Assembly: GCA_003427395.1 (NCBI GenBank)
Contig: BFEA01000020.1
Coordinates: 3,941,767-4,005,766, forward strand
Length of the DNA: 64,000 nt
Direction: 5' to 3'
Origin: Chara braunii
Taxonomy: Eukaryota > Plantae > Charophyceae
The notes below the pieces were generated by a model. That model did no database searches. It had not been told where the DNA came from and saw only the letters and a list, made by a program, of their open reading frames with translations. The translations under genes and the position numbers were made by a program. This document shows, piece by piece, positions 49,049 to 60,688 of this stretch. Each line of letters begins with the position of its first letter. The first letter of the stretch is position 1.

Positions 49049-49646
49049 CAGAAAAAGGACAAAAAAAAAGAAAAAAACTTGTTTCCCCCCCCCAAAAAAA
49101 AGCGGCTGCTGCTTTCTTTGTCCTCATATGCTCCCATTCCCCTCGCCTCTCTCTTGGGGAGGCCGCCTCTGCTCCCTGATCGGGATCCAGACCAATCGCA
49201 GGCTCCCGATCTCTATTGCATCCCTGAAGGTTTCCCCTCGGGATACAGATGCGATGTGAACCCCTCTCGGGATCTCGATGCCCGTGTCTCTCCTCCCTCA
49301 TCCTGTTCTTCTGACTCCCCTCGGGATCGTCATGCCCATGTCTCTCCTCCCTCATCCTGTTCTCCTCACCCCCTTGAAATCCCCTCCCTCGCTGTGAAAG
49401 AGATCAGGAGCGGAAGGCTATGGAAGAAGGGAAGCAACGTTTAAGTAAATGGGGCGGCGCAGATTTCCGTGTGGGCTCGATAAGGACGATGCTGGTTGAA
49501 GAAGAAGAAGAAGAAGAAGAAGAAGAAGAAGAAGAAGAAGAAGAATAGTGATAAACAGTGGCCAACTGCCTTTAGTACACTCATCGAAAGCTCTTCATTG
49601 CAATACCGCGCATACTCATCTCAGCTTATCAGCTTACGCGCACAAT

Positions 49647-49691
49647 CCCCGACGCGTTTCGATCGGTTGCGCTCCGATCATCCTCAGGGGG
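49647..49691 (-). ncRNA. Minimal type I hammerhead ribozyme of Penelope-like-element type
   Basis: RC CCCC-CTGAGGA-T-GATCGG-agcgcaa-CCGATC-GAAA-CGC-GTC-GGGG: stem I, conserved core, 6-bp stem II, palindromic ACGCGT stem III, GUC cleavage triplet. Confidence 0.8.
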
Positions 49692-49803
49692 CTAAAGAGG
49701 AGGAAGAAGAAGAATTGAAACAGCGAGGCCAATCGCTATGCGTCCATGTCTCAGTGATAAACAGTACAGCACCTGCACGGACAATCAGCTCAACGCGCAC
49801 ATT

Positions 49804-49848
49804 CCCCGAGGCGTTTCGCCTGGCTGTGCACCAGGACTTCTCAAGGGG
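49804..49848 (-). ncRNA. Second, variant minimal hammerhead-like motif
   Basis: RC CCCC-TTGAGAA-GTCCTGG-tgcacag-CCAGGC-GAAA-CGC-CTC-GGGG; core deviates from CUGANGA. Confidence 0.55.
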
Positions 49849-49960
49849 CATCCATTCTCCCGCATCCACCGTGGCATTCTAGAAGAAAGAAGTAGAAGAA
49901 GAAAGAAGAAGAATAAGGAGAAGAAGAAGAAGAAGTAGAAGAAGAAAGAGAAAGAAGAAG

Positions 49961-49991
<31 letters not shown>

Positions 49992-51715
49992 GGAAGAAGA
50001 AGAAGAAGAAGAAGAAGAAGTAGAAGTAGTAGAAGAAGAAGAAGAAGAAGTAGAAGAAGAAGAAGAAGAAGAAGAAGAAGAAAGAAGAAGAAGTAGAAGA
50101 AGAAGAAGAAGAAGAAGAAGAAGAAGAAGAAAGAAGAAAGAAGAAAGAAGAAAGAAGAAGAAGAGTGAAAAAAAGAAGTGGTTATAGACTGCTGCTCGTA
50201 CAAGCATTGACAGATTTGCATTGGTTTTCCGCACGTACAGTTCTCAGTCTGAAACTTCATCGCAATTTCCGCATGCACAAGTCTCAATTACGTGCACATT
50301 TCCCCCCCTAGATGCATGTTTGGTCCAGGTGCAGACCTGGCGCTCCTCAATGGGCTTTTTCCACAGAGCTGCCTATGGGCATTACCTAGCCTTCCTCCTC
50401 CTCCTCCTCCTCCTCCTTGTGTTCCGGAGGAGGAGGAAGAGGAGGGAGGAGGAGAAAGAGGAAGAGGAGGGAGGAGGAGGAGGAAGAGGAGTGAGGAGGA
50501 GAAGAAGAAGAAGGTGATGGACGACAGAAGAAAAGTGAGAGCAAGGAAAGAATCGTGGAGAAAACACACTCTTAGGACTTTCCTGGATGAATCTGATCGA
50601 AATGGCGGCGCTCTTGCATGCATCTGACCGCAGATGCGTCCAGATACGAGTCGAAAATCTCCTCTGATCTGAGTATGCCCTCAGCTTCGCAAAGCCATCA
50701 GCATGGAGAACGATCTTAACGAACTTCAAACCTCGGGCAGCCTGAGCGTTGACGATAAAAATATATATATATATTTTTAAATAATAATAAAAAACGAGCA
50801 GAATGAGGGTAAGACGAAACGCGGCGCATTGAAATTGCTATTTTGCCTTTTTTTTTTTCAAAAGCGATTTTGCCTTTAAAAAAAAAAAGAAGCGATTTCG
50901 CCAAAACAAAAAACACAAAACAAACGAATACCCCTCTGGAATTCGCAGAGGGGTATTCGGGTGTTGGCATCGTCTCCCGAATGCAAAACCCGCACCCTAC
51001 CATGAATGCAAAACAGGCACGTGGTTTGCATTGGGATCGGGACTCGGCGAATTCCATCGTTCGTGGAATTGGCGGTTAGAATGCAAAACGACGGCCGCAA
51101 GTCCCGATCCCAATGCAAACCACGTGCCTGGCATCGTCTCCCGAAACAAAAAACCAGCACCCTGCCATGAATGAATTGAAGGTCCTGCGTATTTTCAGGA
51201 CCGGTACAGGCATGATGAGGGTGCGTTACGTTCATAGGCGGCTGCACGGGGTGCAGAGGCATTTGCTGCAGGGGAGGCTAAGTACAGAGTGATTTCCTCA
51301 TCCCTGAGGATTGCTGAGTGGCAAAGAAAAGGCGGGGCCTGGCATTTCATCACTTTCTGATCCCCGAGGAGAACGAGGCGGCGGGTCAATGTGTGTGNNN
51401 NNNNNNNNNNNNNNNNNNNNNNNNNNNNNNNNNNNNNNNNNNNNNNNNNNNNNNNNNNNNNNNNNNNNNNNNNNNNNNNNNNNNNNNNNNNNNNNNNNNN
51501 NNNNNNNNNNNNNNNNNNNNNNNNNNNNNNNNNNNNNNNNNNNNNNNNNNNNNNNNNNNNNNNNNNNNNNNNNNNNNNNNNNNNNNNNNNNNNNNNNNNN
51601 NNNNNNNNNNNNNNNNNNNNNNNNNNNNNNNNNNNNNNNNNNNNNNNNNNNNNNNNNNNNNNNNNNNNNNNNNNNNNNNNNNNNNNNNNNNNNNNNNNNN
51701 NNNNNNNNNNNNNNN

Positions 51716-51807
<92 letters not shown>

Positions 51808-53439
51808 AGAGCTCGATCTAAGTTCAGTATCTTCCAAGGATAGTTGAAAGTTTCTCTACACTGGCTTTCTGATCATGACAGCAAGGCACATGGTGTTGAG
51901 ACAGAGTACAGAAGCACAGTATGCTCCTAGCGTCTTCACTGGAATAGAACGCCCGGTCATTATGGCTGCATTCAGACGGAAAGTTGGACCAAATACACCT
52001 CTAACGAACTGGGCATTCTATGTGATCGACGACGGTAGGGTACTCGAGCGTGAGTCGGCTTTCCTTCTGGCATGCCAGCCCAGCAACCTGCCATGTGTGC
52101 CATCATCCCTGACACCCTCCCGTTCGTCCATGCCCCAAATGTAATCCGGGACTTATTCCCTTTGCACCTGTACTCTAACCTTCTCCATCCTCTCCTCGAG
52201 GGTTCGAACTCAGGTCTGCTTATTACCAGTATCATGCCTTTACCATTCTAAGGCCTGGTCCAAACCTAATAAGCGCTAAGGAGAAGGGCTTATCAACACA
52301 ACCAACTTGAGTTCCAGAACAGAACCTGAGTTCGAACCCCTCTAAGGCCTGGTCCTAACCTAAGTGGGTTCGAACTTAGGTTAGGACCTTAGGTTAGGAC
52401 CTTAGGTTAGGACCTTAGGTTAGGACCAGGCCTTAGAGGGTTCGAACTCAGGTCTGTATCATGTCTTTCCCATTCTAAGGCCTGGTCGAAACCTAATAAG
52501 CGCTAAGGAAAAGGACTTGTCAACACCACCAACCTGAGTTCGAAAACAGAACCTGAGTTGGAACATAAGCCACCTGCAGTGCAACGTGCTGAAAGGTGCT
52601 GAGAGGGGTTCGAACTCAGGTTCTGTGTATCACCAGTACGTGGCAAGCAGTGAGGGTTGCTCAGGTTCGAACTCAGGTTCTGTTTATCACCAGTACCATG
52701 TGAGGGGTGTTATGGGTTATGGGTTATGGACTCCTCCAGGGCGAGCAGAGGCAAACCGGACTTTGCAAACAGCAAAATATTCTTACTCTGGACCCAGTGT
52801 TAGGGCACACCCACACTGGTAGGACTGTAATTACGGTCGGATGCATGCGGATGCGGCTGTAATTGGGATCAAATACATCCAGGAAAGTCCTAGTGTGAGT
52901 ATGCCTTTTAAGGCCCCATCATTGCCTGCTCATACACGGGCGATGTGGGCTTCAGAGCCCCCGAATAGAACGCACGGTCATTATAGCTGTATTTGGCACA
53001 ATGTTCAGTCTAGATACAGCGATAATGAGCATGCGTTCTATTCGGGAAAAGAAAAGACAGTATCATTTGATCGAATGTGGGCTGCAGAACCCCCCCAAAA
53101 CTAGCTGCTCACAACCGCGCTCTGTGGTGACCTGGCTGATGTTCGGCTGCCACCGTCCCCCGACTAGAACACACGGTCACTATAGCTGTATTTGGGTCAA
53201 CTTTCAGTCTAGGTACAGTGATAATGACTATGTGTTCTATTCGGGGGAACACAGTTAACATGAGAGATCATCGATTAGGTTGGCATTCTTCTTTGTGTCG
53301 TTAGCAGTCGCAAATTTCTGTATGCATGCGTATGATGAATACAGGCACTGCCATTTCCAGCCCCTGTCTATAAATAGGCATTGCAGTCTTCTTTGTGTGA
53401 GATCATTGGGGGTATCCCTTGCAAGTGTCTGTATTCATG

Positions 53440-54005
53440 CCTATGATGACAGGGGCTGAATGAGAATGCCTATTTATAGACATGGACTGGAACGGCAATG
53501 CCTATTTATAGACAGAGGCTGGAATGACAATGCCTATTTAATAGACAGGGGCTGGAATGACAATGCCTATTTAATAGACAGGGGCTGGAATGACAATGCC
53601 TATTTAATAGACAGGGGCTGGAATGGCAGTGCCGAGTTATAGACAGGGTCTGGAATGGCAATGGCTATTTATAGACAGGGGCTGGGATTGTGATGGCTAT
53701 TTATAGACAGGGGCTGGGATGATGATGCCTGTTTATAATCAGGGGTCAGCACGACAATGCCTATGGAATGGCAATGCCTATTTATAGACGGGCTGGGATG
53801 GTGATGTCTATTTATAGACAGGGGCTGGGATGATGATGCCTCTTTATAATCCGGGGTCAGCACGACAATGCCTATTTATAGACAGGGGCTGGAAACCTGG
53901 AAAGGCAATGCCTTGTTATCAACAGTGGCCGGAAGTGCTAACATTGTGCTCATCCGCGGCATTCTCTAATGGCATGAGCTATTTATAGACAGGGGCTGGA
54001 GTGGC
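53440..54005. repeat. ~33-bp minisatellite (TATTTATAGACAGGGGCTGGAATGGCAATGCC)
   Basis: More than 12 units; one inverted unit at ~53345-53385. Confidence 0.9.
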
Positions 54006-54702
54006 AATAATGTCTATAAATATAACTGCCATCACCTTGCCCTCTGTATTCCTACCTTCGTCACTCGAATAGCACACCCAGTCATTATAGATGTATTTGG
54101 GGGATCTTTCAGTCCATATACAGCTATTGTGACCAGCTGTTCTGTTTGGGTGAAGGTGGTATAGCAGGCAGAAAGCACGCTGCCTACGAGTGACGTCTAT
54201 CTGCAACCCAACGGTGCGTGCATTGCCTGATTTGGTAAGTGGCCACACCTGCACAATCGGATGTGCTTTGACACGTCGAACCTGACCCGTTCCTGTCTGG
54301 TCTGCAGGTGTCACCACTTACCATAATTGGAAATGCTGGATGTGCTTCCACACGTCACACCTGAACCGTTCCTGTCTGGTCTGCAGGTGTCACCACTTAC
54401 CATAATAGGAAATGCCGGATGTGCTTCCACACGTCGAACCTGACCCGTTCCTGTCTGGTCTGCAGGTGTCACCACTTACCATAATAGGAAATGCCTGTTC
54501 CTTAGCTGACCTTTCCCTGCAGCCCGATGCCTGACTGTCCTCCTGTTGCACCAGTCTCTAGCAGTCTGCTATGCCCGGGAGTATTGACGATGGAACGAGG
54601 TCCTCTCTCCCCTGCTGTTCTCCTCCCTCCACTCTCCTCCTCTTCCCCCCTCCTCCAGCTCCCCTTCCCCTCCTACCTCCTTCCTTCTCTTGTTTAGAAT
54701 TA

Positions 54703-54737
<35 letters not shown>

Positions 54738-54740
<3 letters not shown>

Positions 54741-54814
54741 GCGTGTCATCCGTGTGCAGGGGCCATGCCAATCTGCTGTGTATAGTTCCAGTTTTAACGG
54801 ATCTCCTGGAGGAC
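54738..54814 (-). pseudogene. U6: U6 snRNA pseudogene, 3'-truncated into a poly(A) run
   Basis: RC GTCCTCCAGGAGATCCGTTAAAACTGGAACTATACACAGCAGATTGGCATGGCCCCTGCACACGGATGACACGCATT followed by an A run of ~30+ nt; ACAGAGA box mutated. Confidence 0.8.
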
Positions 54815-54918
54815 AACCACCGTGTAGAATTACGAGATGCGTACGGATGAGCATCTCTAAGAGGACATACACAATGTGTACGCTGCAAGTGTGCAGAAAG
54901 GTGAACGGGTGTGTGCAT

Positions 54919-54944
54919 GCATAGATCGAGAAATGGTCCAAATT
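54919..54944 (+). pseudogene. U6: U6 snRNA 3'-end fragment
   Basis: GCATAGATCGAGAAATGGTCCAAATT matches the plant U6 3' end. Confidence 0.65.
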
Positions 54945-55224
54945 GGCAAATTGGCAAAAAAAAAAAAAAAAGGCGAATGGGTGTGTGGGCATCCCGTGGG
55001 GCGAGTACACAGGCGTGGTGGGCCTTGCACCATTCCGAATACAACAGTGAAACGACCATTTCATAAGAATACATGTATCAAAGCACTACAATGATTGTTT
55101 CCATGTGGTTGGAGACACCCAAAATATGACATGTAAGAATGTAAGGTTAGGCTTTTCCGGCTTTGCCTCTAGGCATCTGGGTGGATGTATTTGACACACA
55201 AAGATGAAACAATACATCCATAGA

Positions 55225-55760
55225 TGCAGCACCATCAACAACAGCAACAACAACAGCAAGAGCAGCAAGAGCAGCTGCAGCAGCAGTAGCAACACCAGCG
55301 GCATTAGCGACAGCAGCAGCCTGCAGCAACAGCAACAGCAGCAATAGCAATAGCAATAGCTTTCGGCAGTAGCAACAGCAACAGTAACAGCAACAAAACA
55401 GCAACAGCAACAGCAGCAATAGCAATAGCTTTCAGCAACAGCAGCAATACCAATAGCTTTCAGCAACAGCAGCAATAGCAATAGCTTTCAGCAGCAGTAG
55501 CAATAACAATAGCTTTCGGCAGTAGCAACGGCAACAGTAACAGCAACAGCAACAGCAACAGCAGCAATAGCAATAGCAACAGCAGCAATAGCAATAGCTT
55601 TCAGCAGCAATAGCAATAGCAATAGCAATAGCAATAGCTTTCGGCAGTAGCAACAGCAACAGTAACAGCAACAGCAACAGCAGCAATAGCAATAGCAACT
55701 GCAGCAACAGCAACAGCAGCAATAGCAACAGCAGCAATAGCAACATCAGCAATAGCAGGA
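55225..55760. repeat. CAG/CAA/TAG trinucleotide-based satellite
   Basis: Direct inspection; interrupted by TAG stops on the plus strand. Confidence 0.9.
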
Positions 55761-56399
55761 TGAGAGAGCAGGGCAAAAAAGCCACCAGCACCCCTTGCAG
55801 CTGAAGCCCACAGCCATAGCAGCAGTTAAAGGCAGCCAGCAGCAGCAGCAGCGCACATAGGTGCAGCGACGGCGATGGCCGGCCACAGGCAGCAGCAGGA
55901 AAGAGGAAGAAGTATGCTGCACCAGCAGCTGAGTTACTGCAGCTTTGGCACCAGGAGTCTTCAGGCAAGAGGAACAGCAGAACAAATCGGCTCCCAGGAG
56001 CAGCATCAGCAAGCACCACCAGTGAGCAAACCTGACTGGCGAAAGCTGAGGTGGCAGCAGCAGTACCATTAGGCAGGTCGTGGCATGCTTTTTTTTTTTT
56101 TTTTTTTTAAACACTAATAAACAGCCTATATTTATTAGTCACAAGCACGTGGGAGTTTACGGCAGCTCCGGACTGTTGCTTGCATACAGCAGGGAGACTA
56201 GCAATAGCACCAGCATAGGACCTGCCTTGCCCTTAGCTAAATGAAGATAAGTCTCAGGCTCTCAGCTCAATAGGACCGCAGCAGCAGCAGCAGCAACAGG
56301 AGCAGCAGCAGCAGTAGAAGCAGGAGCAGCAGCAGCAGCAGCAGCAGAACCAGAATATGTCAAAGGGGATAAGTAGCAGAAGCACAATGTCAGCTTCCC

Positions 56400-56440
56400 G
56401 TCCCGTCCTTTGGGACATCCGTTAAAATTGGAACAATACA
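56400..56440 (+). pseudogene. U6: U6 snRNA 5' fragment directly joined to a LINE
   Basis: GTCCCGTCCTTTGGGACATCCGTTAAAATTGGAACAATACA (5' hairpin GTCCC/GGGAC); stops inside the ACAGAGA box. Confidence 0.8.
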
Positions 56441-57783
56441 ATGGCCAAAGTCAATCTTTAGACCAGATACGGCAGTCCGGTCCCTAGAATTCGATCCTGC
56501 CGAATGGGCCTGTACGCCAAATGTTGCCAGCAGCTTCAAGTCAAAAATCCCAATTCAGGACTACACAGTCAAACTCCGGTACAGACTCTCGCTGAAGACA
56601 AAGAATCCAGACCCCATAATCAAAAATAGATGGCAGAACCTTGTGGGCCAGGAAGCCGACAAAATAAAAAAAATTCCGTGGGAAAAATTTAAACGGATTC
56701 GACCAATTAAGATTAGAAGCTTGCAGTGGTTGATAGTCTACGCTGCCCTACCGGTGAACCAATGGCTGCACACTCGACGGAAAGCCACAAATCAGGACAG
56801 CTCGGAGTTATGCACAGTCTGCTCTTCAGGTGTGGTAGAAGATTTAATTCACTGTCTAGTGTCCTGCGAAGAAGCGACAGACTACTGGGCGAGAGCCTCT
56901 TCACTTTGGGGCTCCCTCTTCACGTCCCCCTTCACTGATCAACCCATCCAACTGCTCCTTCTGACTAACATCCCCGATCAAGCTCGGAGAGCGGAAAGGA
57001 TCTGGTTTGAGCTCATCAGAAAAGTGACGCTATGGGTCATATGGAAAGAAAGATGCAGCAGAACAATTGAAGGACGCGCCAACCCAAGGGAGAAGGTATG
57101 GATAGAAACCAAAACAATGATTCAAGCAGAAATTCTTTGCAGATGGCGAAAGATCAAACAGGCCTGGACAGAGGACGAGGAGCAGCGGAAAAAGGAGAGG
57201 CTGGGCTTCTACAACAGCTGGCTGCTGATGGGAAAGGTCGCAGAGCTGCGAGAGGACCGGGTATGCTGGAAAGAGTGGCACAACTCAATTCCTGAAAGGG
57301 GCTTTCAACAACATTCAGCGCCGGAGGCAATAATTGCGGCTTAAGCCTCAAGGGATTGAACCCCACGCNGCANGATCTTAGGGGAAAANGATAATAGAGG
57401 TGACGNGGAGGAAGATAGGCTGGGGAAGGAGAGTGGCTGTCCAAGCTTAAGAATACAGAGTGTGGACTGAGGATTTAGAATGGTCGGTAGCCTTCTGAGA
57501 AANGGCTGGAGGACTAAAAGGAGAAACGACAAGGTAACAAAGGCGAGGAGTGTNCTCTCTNTCTCTNGGTTAAATGGTTATATCTGACNNNTCTGGATAC
57601 CAGGTCTGAGAGGAGAGAAGAGCGAAGGGCAAGCTGACAGTCAATCCTCCACTACGGTGGAGCAATCAATGCTGTTCAGGGGTCCTTCGGCCAGACGGAA
57701 GGAAGCGTGTGTGTGCTACTCAAGTTGTATTCTTTCATTCTGACTTGCCGGTGGAATAGGAACCGGACTGACGCTCCCCAGAA
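56441..57783 (+). mobile_element. 5'-truncated L1/Tx1-like LINE (ORF2 C-terminus plus 3' UTR), ending at an assembly gap
   Basis: ORF to 57344 with zf-RVT-type CTVC...EDLIHCLVSC and LWVIWKERCSR motifs; 3' end has the stem-loop CCGGT-ggaatagga-ACCGG. Confidence 0.85.
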
Positions 57784-58920
57784 NNNNNNNNNNNNNNNNN
57801 NNNNNNNNNNNNNNNNNNNNNNNNNNNNNNNNNNNNNNNNNNNNNNNNNNNNNNNNNNNNNNNNNNNNNNNNNNNNNNNNNNNNNNNNNNNNNNNNNNNN
57901 NNNNNNNNNNNNNNNNNNNNNNNNNNNNNNNNNNNNNNNNNNNNNNNNNNNNNNNNNNNNNNNNNNNNNNNNNNNNNNNNNNNNNNNNNNNNNNNNNNNN
58001 NNNNNNNNNNNNNNNNNNNNNNNNNNNNNNNNNNNNNNNNNNNNNNNNNNNNNNNNNNNNNNNNNNNNNNNNNNNNNNNNNNNNNNNNNNNNNNNNNNNN
58101 NNNNNNNNNNNNNNNNNNNNNNNNNNNNNNNNNNNNNNNNNNNNNNNNNNNNNNNNNNNNNNNNNNNNNNNNNNNNNNNNNNNNNNNNNNNNNNNNNNNN
58201 NNNNNNNNNNNNNNNNNNNNNNNNNNNNNNNNNNNNNNNNNNNNNNNNNNNNNNNNNNNNNNNNNNNNNNNNNNNNNNNNNNNNNNNNNNNNNNNNNNNN
58301 NNNNNNNNNNNNNNNNNNNNNNNNNNNNNNNNNNNNNNNNNNNNNNNNNNNNNNNNNNNNNNNNNNNNNNNNNNNNNNNNNNNNNNNNNNNNNNNNNNNN
58401 NNNNNNNNNNNNTTCCTATGTATCGCGCTACCCTGGAGAATTTCGTCAGCTTCCCACCGCTACCCACCGCTACCCGCTGCCTACGTTGTTGGCCACAAAT
58501 GATGAACAGCAGCATAATGCAGCAGCGGGGAACGGCTTAGGGAAGCATGGGAGCCGTAGGCAAGGTGTCGGTTGCCAAGTGGCGGCCTCCGCTATAGCAG
58601 CAGGTCGCAGCAGGCGCCTGTACAAGCACAAGCACAAGCACAAGCACAAGCACAACTAAAACACGGCCACCTGCGGAGGCAGTGGCAGCACGGCACGAGC
58701 ACTAGCAGCAGGACCACCACCACAGCAGGAGCACCAACAGCCGCTGGATCGACATCAATAACCTCGCATGAGAGCAGATCACCGAACAGTAGCAGGAGCA
58801 GGAGCAGCAGCAGGAGCAGCAGCAGCAGCAGCTGTAGTCTCTTCGATGACTAGTAAGTGCAGATGCAAAAGGAAGAAAGTTTGAAAAGGAAAGAAGAGAA
58901 AGAAGGTCGGGAGGGTAGAA

Positions 58921-58995
58921 TGGACGACGTGGGGAATCGAACCCACGACCTCCTGAATACCACTCACTCGCGTGCTCAACCAACTCTACTCTAAC
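58921..58995 (-). other. tRNA-like sequence ending in CCA inside a probable LTR-element 5' region
   Basis: RC ...TAGAGTTGGTTGAGCAC...GAGGTCGTGGGTTCGATTCCCCACGTCGTCCA; A/B boxes and T-arm present, acceptor stem not pairing. Confidence 0.5.
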
Positions 58996-59628
58996 TGGCT
59001 TGGGCTCCTGGCTGGTTGTGGAAGTAAGCGTTTCGGTTTCCAGCTCGTGCCAGGTGTTAGGAGCCGGGGTACTGCTCCCCGCATAGAGTAGAGGCTGGAA
59101 TCTAGTCCCATAACCCTTAACGCTCCATGCTGAGAGAATGACATATTGGTGGTTGTGGACCTTGTGGTCCATAGATGAAGAGTGTATCATTCCAGGCTAG
59201 TTAGGTAGGTAGTGGGAGATAAATTGAGAGAAGAGTATAGGACCTATAGGTTATAAGTTCGTTTTTTTAATTAAAAAAAAGAAAGAAGAGAGAAAGAAGG
59301 GCAGAAGTTATGGATCAGTTGTGGCAAGCAACTGCAAAAGGGGATGATGACGATGATGAGGATGATGATGATGATGATGACGACGATGAGGAGGAGGAGG
59401 AGGAGGAGGAGGAGGAGGAAGAGGAGGAGAAAGAGACAGAACTTCTACCTCCCTCCCTCCTTCCATCCCTCCATCCCTCCCTCCCTCCCTCCCTCCCTCC
59501 CAACCTTCCACAGGCTTCCAGGTTCGTTGCATAGATGTCTGTGTTGTCCATGGCAGTCTCCAATGCACCATCTTGCATTTCAGTGTCAGTGATCGTCTGT
59601 CTAAACTCGCTGTCATACCTCCATTTGT

Positions 59629-59738
59629 CTACCTTCTTCCCCCGAATACAACACACGGTCATTACAGCTGTATTTAGGCTGAAAGATGCCCCAAATACAG
59701 CTAAATTACCGTGCGTTGTATGCGGGTGAAGAAGGTAG
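59629..59738. mobile_element. Copy of the ~110-bp palindromic MITE family
   Basis: CTACCTTCTTCCCCCGAATACAAC...GTTGTATGCGGGTGAAGAAGGTAG terminal inverted repeats. Confidence 0.75.
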
Positions 59739-60650
59739 TGCTAGATACATCCTATCTACTCAGAATGCATTATTGAATGACATGGCCTACAAATTTCATG
59801 CGAATAAACTTGAATAAAGACAGTTCTTTTTAAGTCCCCCAAAAGGACACACTCGGGTTCATCCCAAACACACGAAACGCAGAGCGTCCGCAAGGAAGAC
59901 CTTAGTCATCATCATAATCGTAAGGCACAATGGAATTAATTGGTCCCTTTGGGGATGAGGGGAGGAGAGGGAGGGGGGGGGGAGAGGAAAGGGGGGGNNN
60001 NNNNNNNNNNNNNNNNNNNNNNNNNNNNNNNNNNNNNNNNNNNNNNNNNNNNNNNNNNNNNNNNNNNNNNNNNNNNNNNNNNNNNNNNNNNNNNNNNNNN
60101 NNNNNNNNNNNNNNNNNNNNNNNNNNNNNNNNNNNNNNNNNNNNNNNNNNNNNNNNNNNNNNNNNNNNNNNNNNNNNNNNNNNNNNNNNNNNNNNNNNNN
60201 NNNNNNNNNNNNNNNNNNNNNNNNNNNNNNNNNNNNNNNNNNNNNNNNNNNNNNNNNNNNNNNNNNNNNNNNNNNNNNNNNNNNNNNNNNNNNNNNNNNN
60301 NNNNNNNNNNNNNNNNNNNNNNNNNNNNNNNNNNNNNNNNNNNNNNNNNNNNNNNNNNNNNNNNNNNNNNNNNNNNNNNNNNNNNNNNNNNNNNNNNNNN
60401 NNNNNNNNNNNNNNNNNNNNNNNNNNNNNNNNNNNNNNNNNNNNNNNNNNNNNNNNNNNNNNNNNNNNNNNNNNNNNNNNNNNNNNNNNNNNNNNNNNNN
60501 NNNNNNNNNNNNNNNNNNNNNNNNNNNNNNNNNNNNNNNNNNNNNNNGGGGGATGGGGCAGGTAGTTTTGCCTTTTCGCTGAACAGCCAAGGACAAAGGG
60601 AAAAGAAAATAATTCAAAAATTTGATGTGGTAACAACTTAACTTGGTCTC

Positions 60651-60688
<38 letters not shown>

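Noticed and set aside
55230-56350. Polyglutamine protein
   Set aside because: CAG/CAA tract is repeatedly interrupted by TAG, with no splice-consistent frame.
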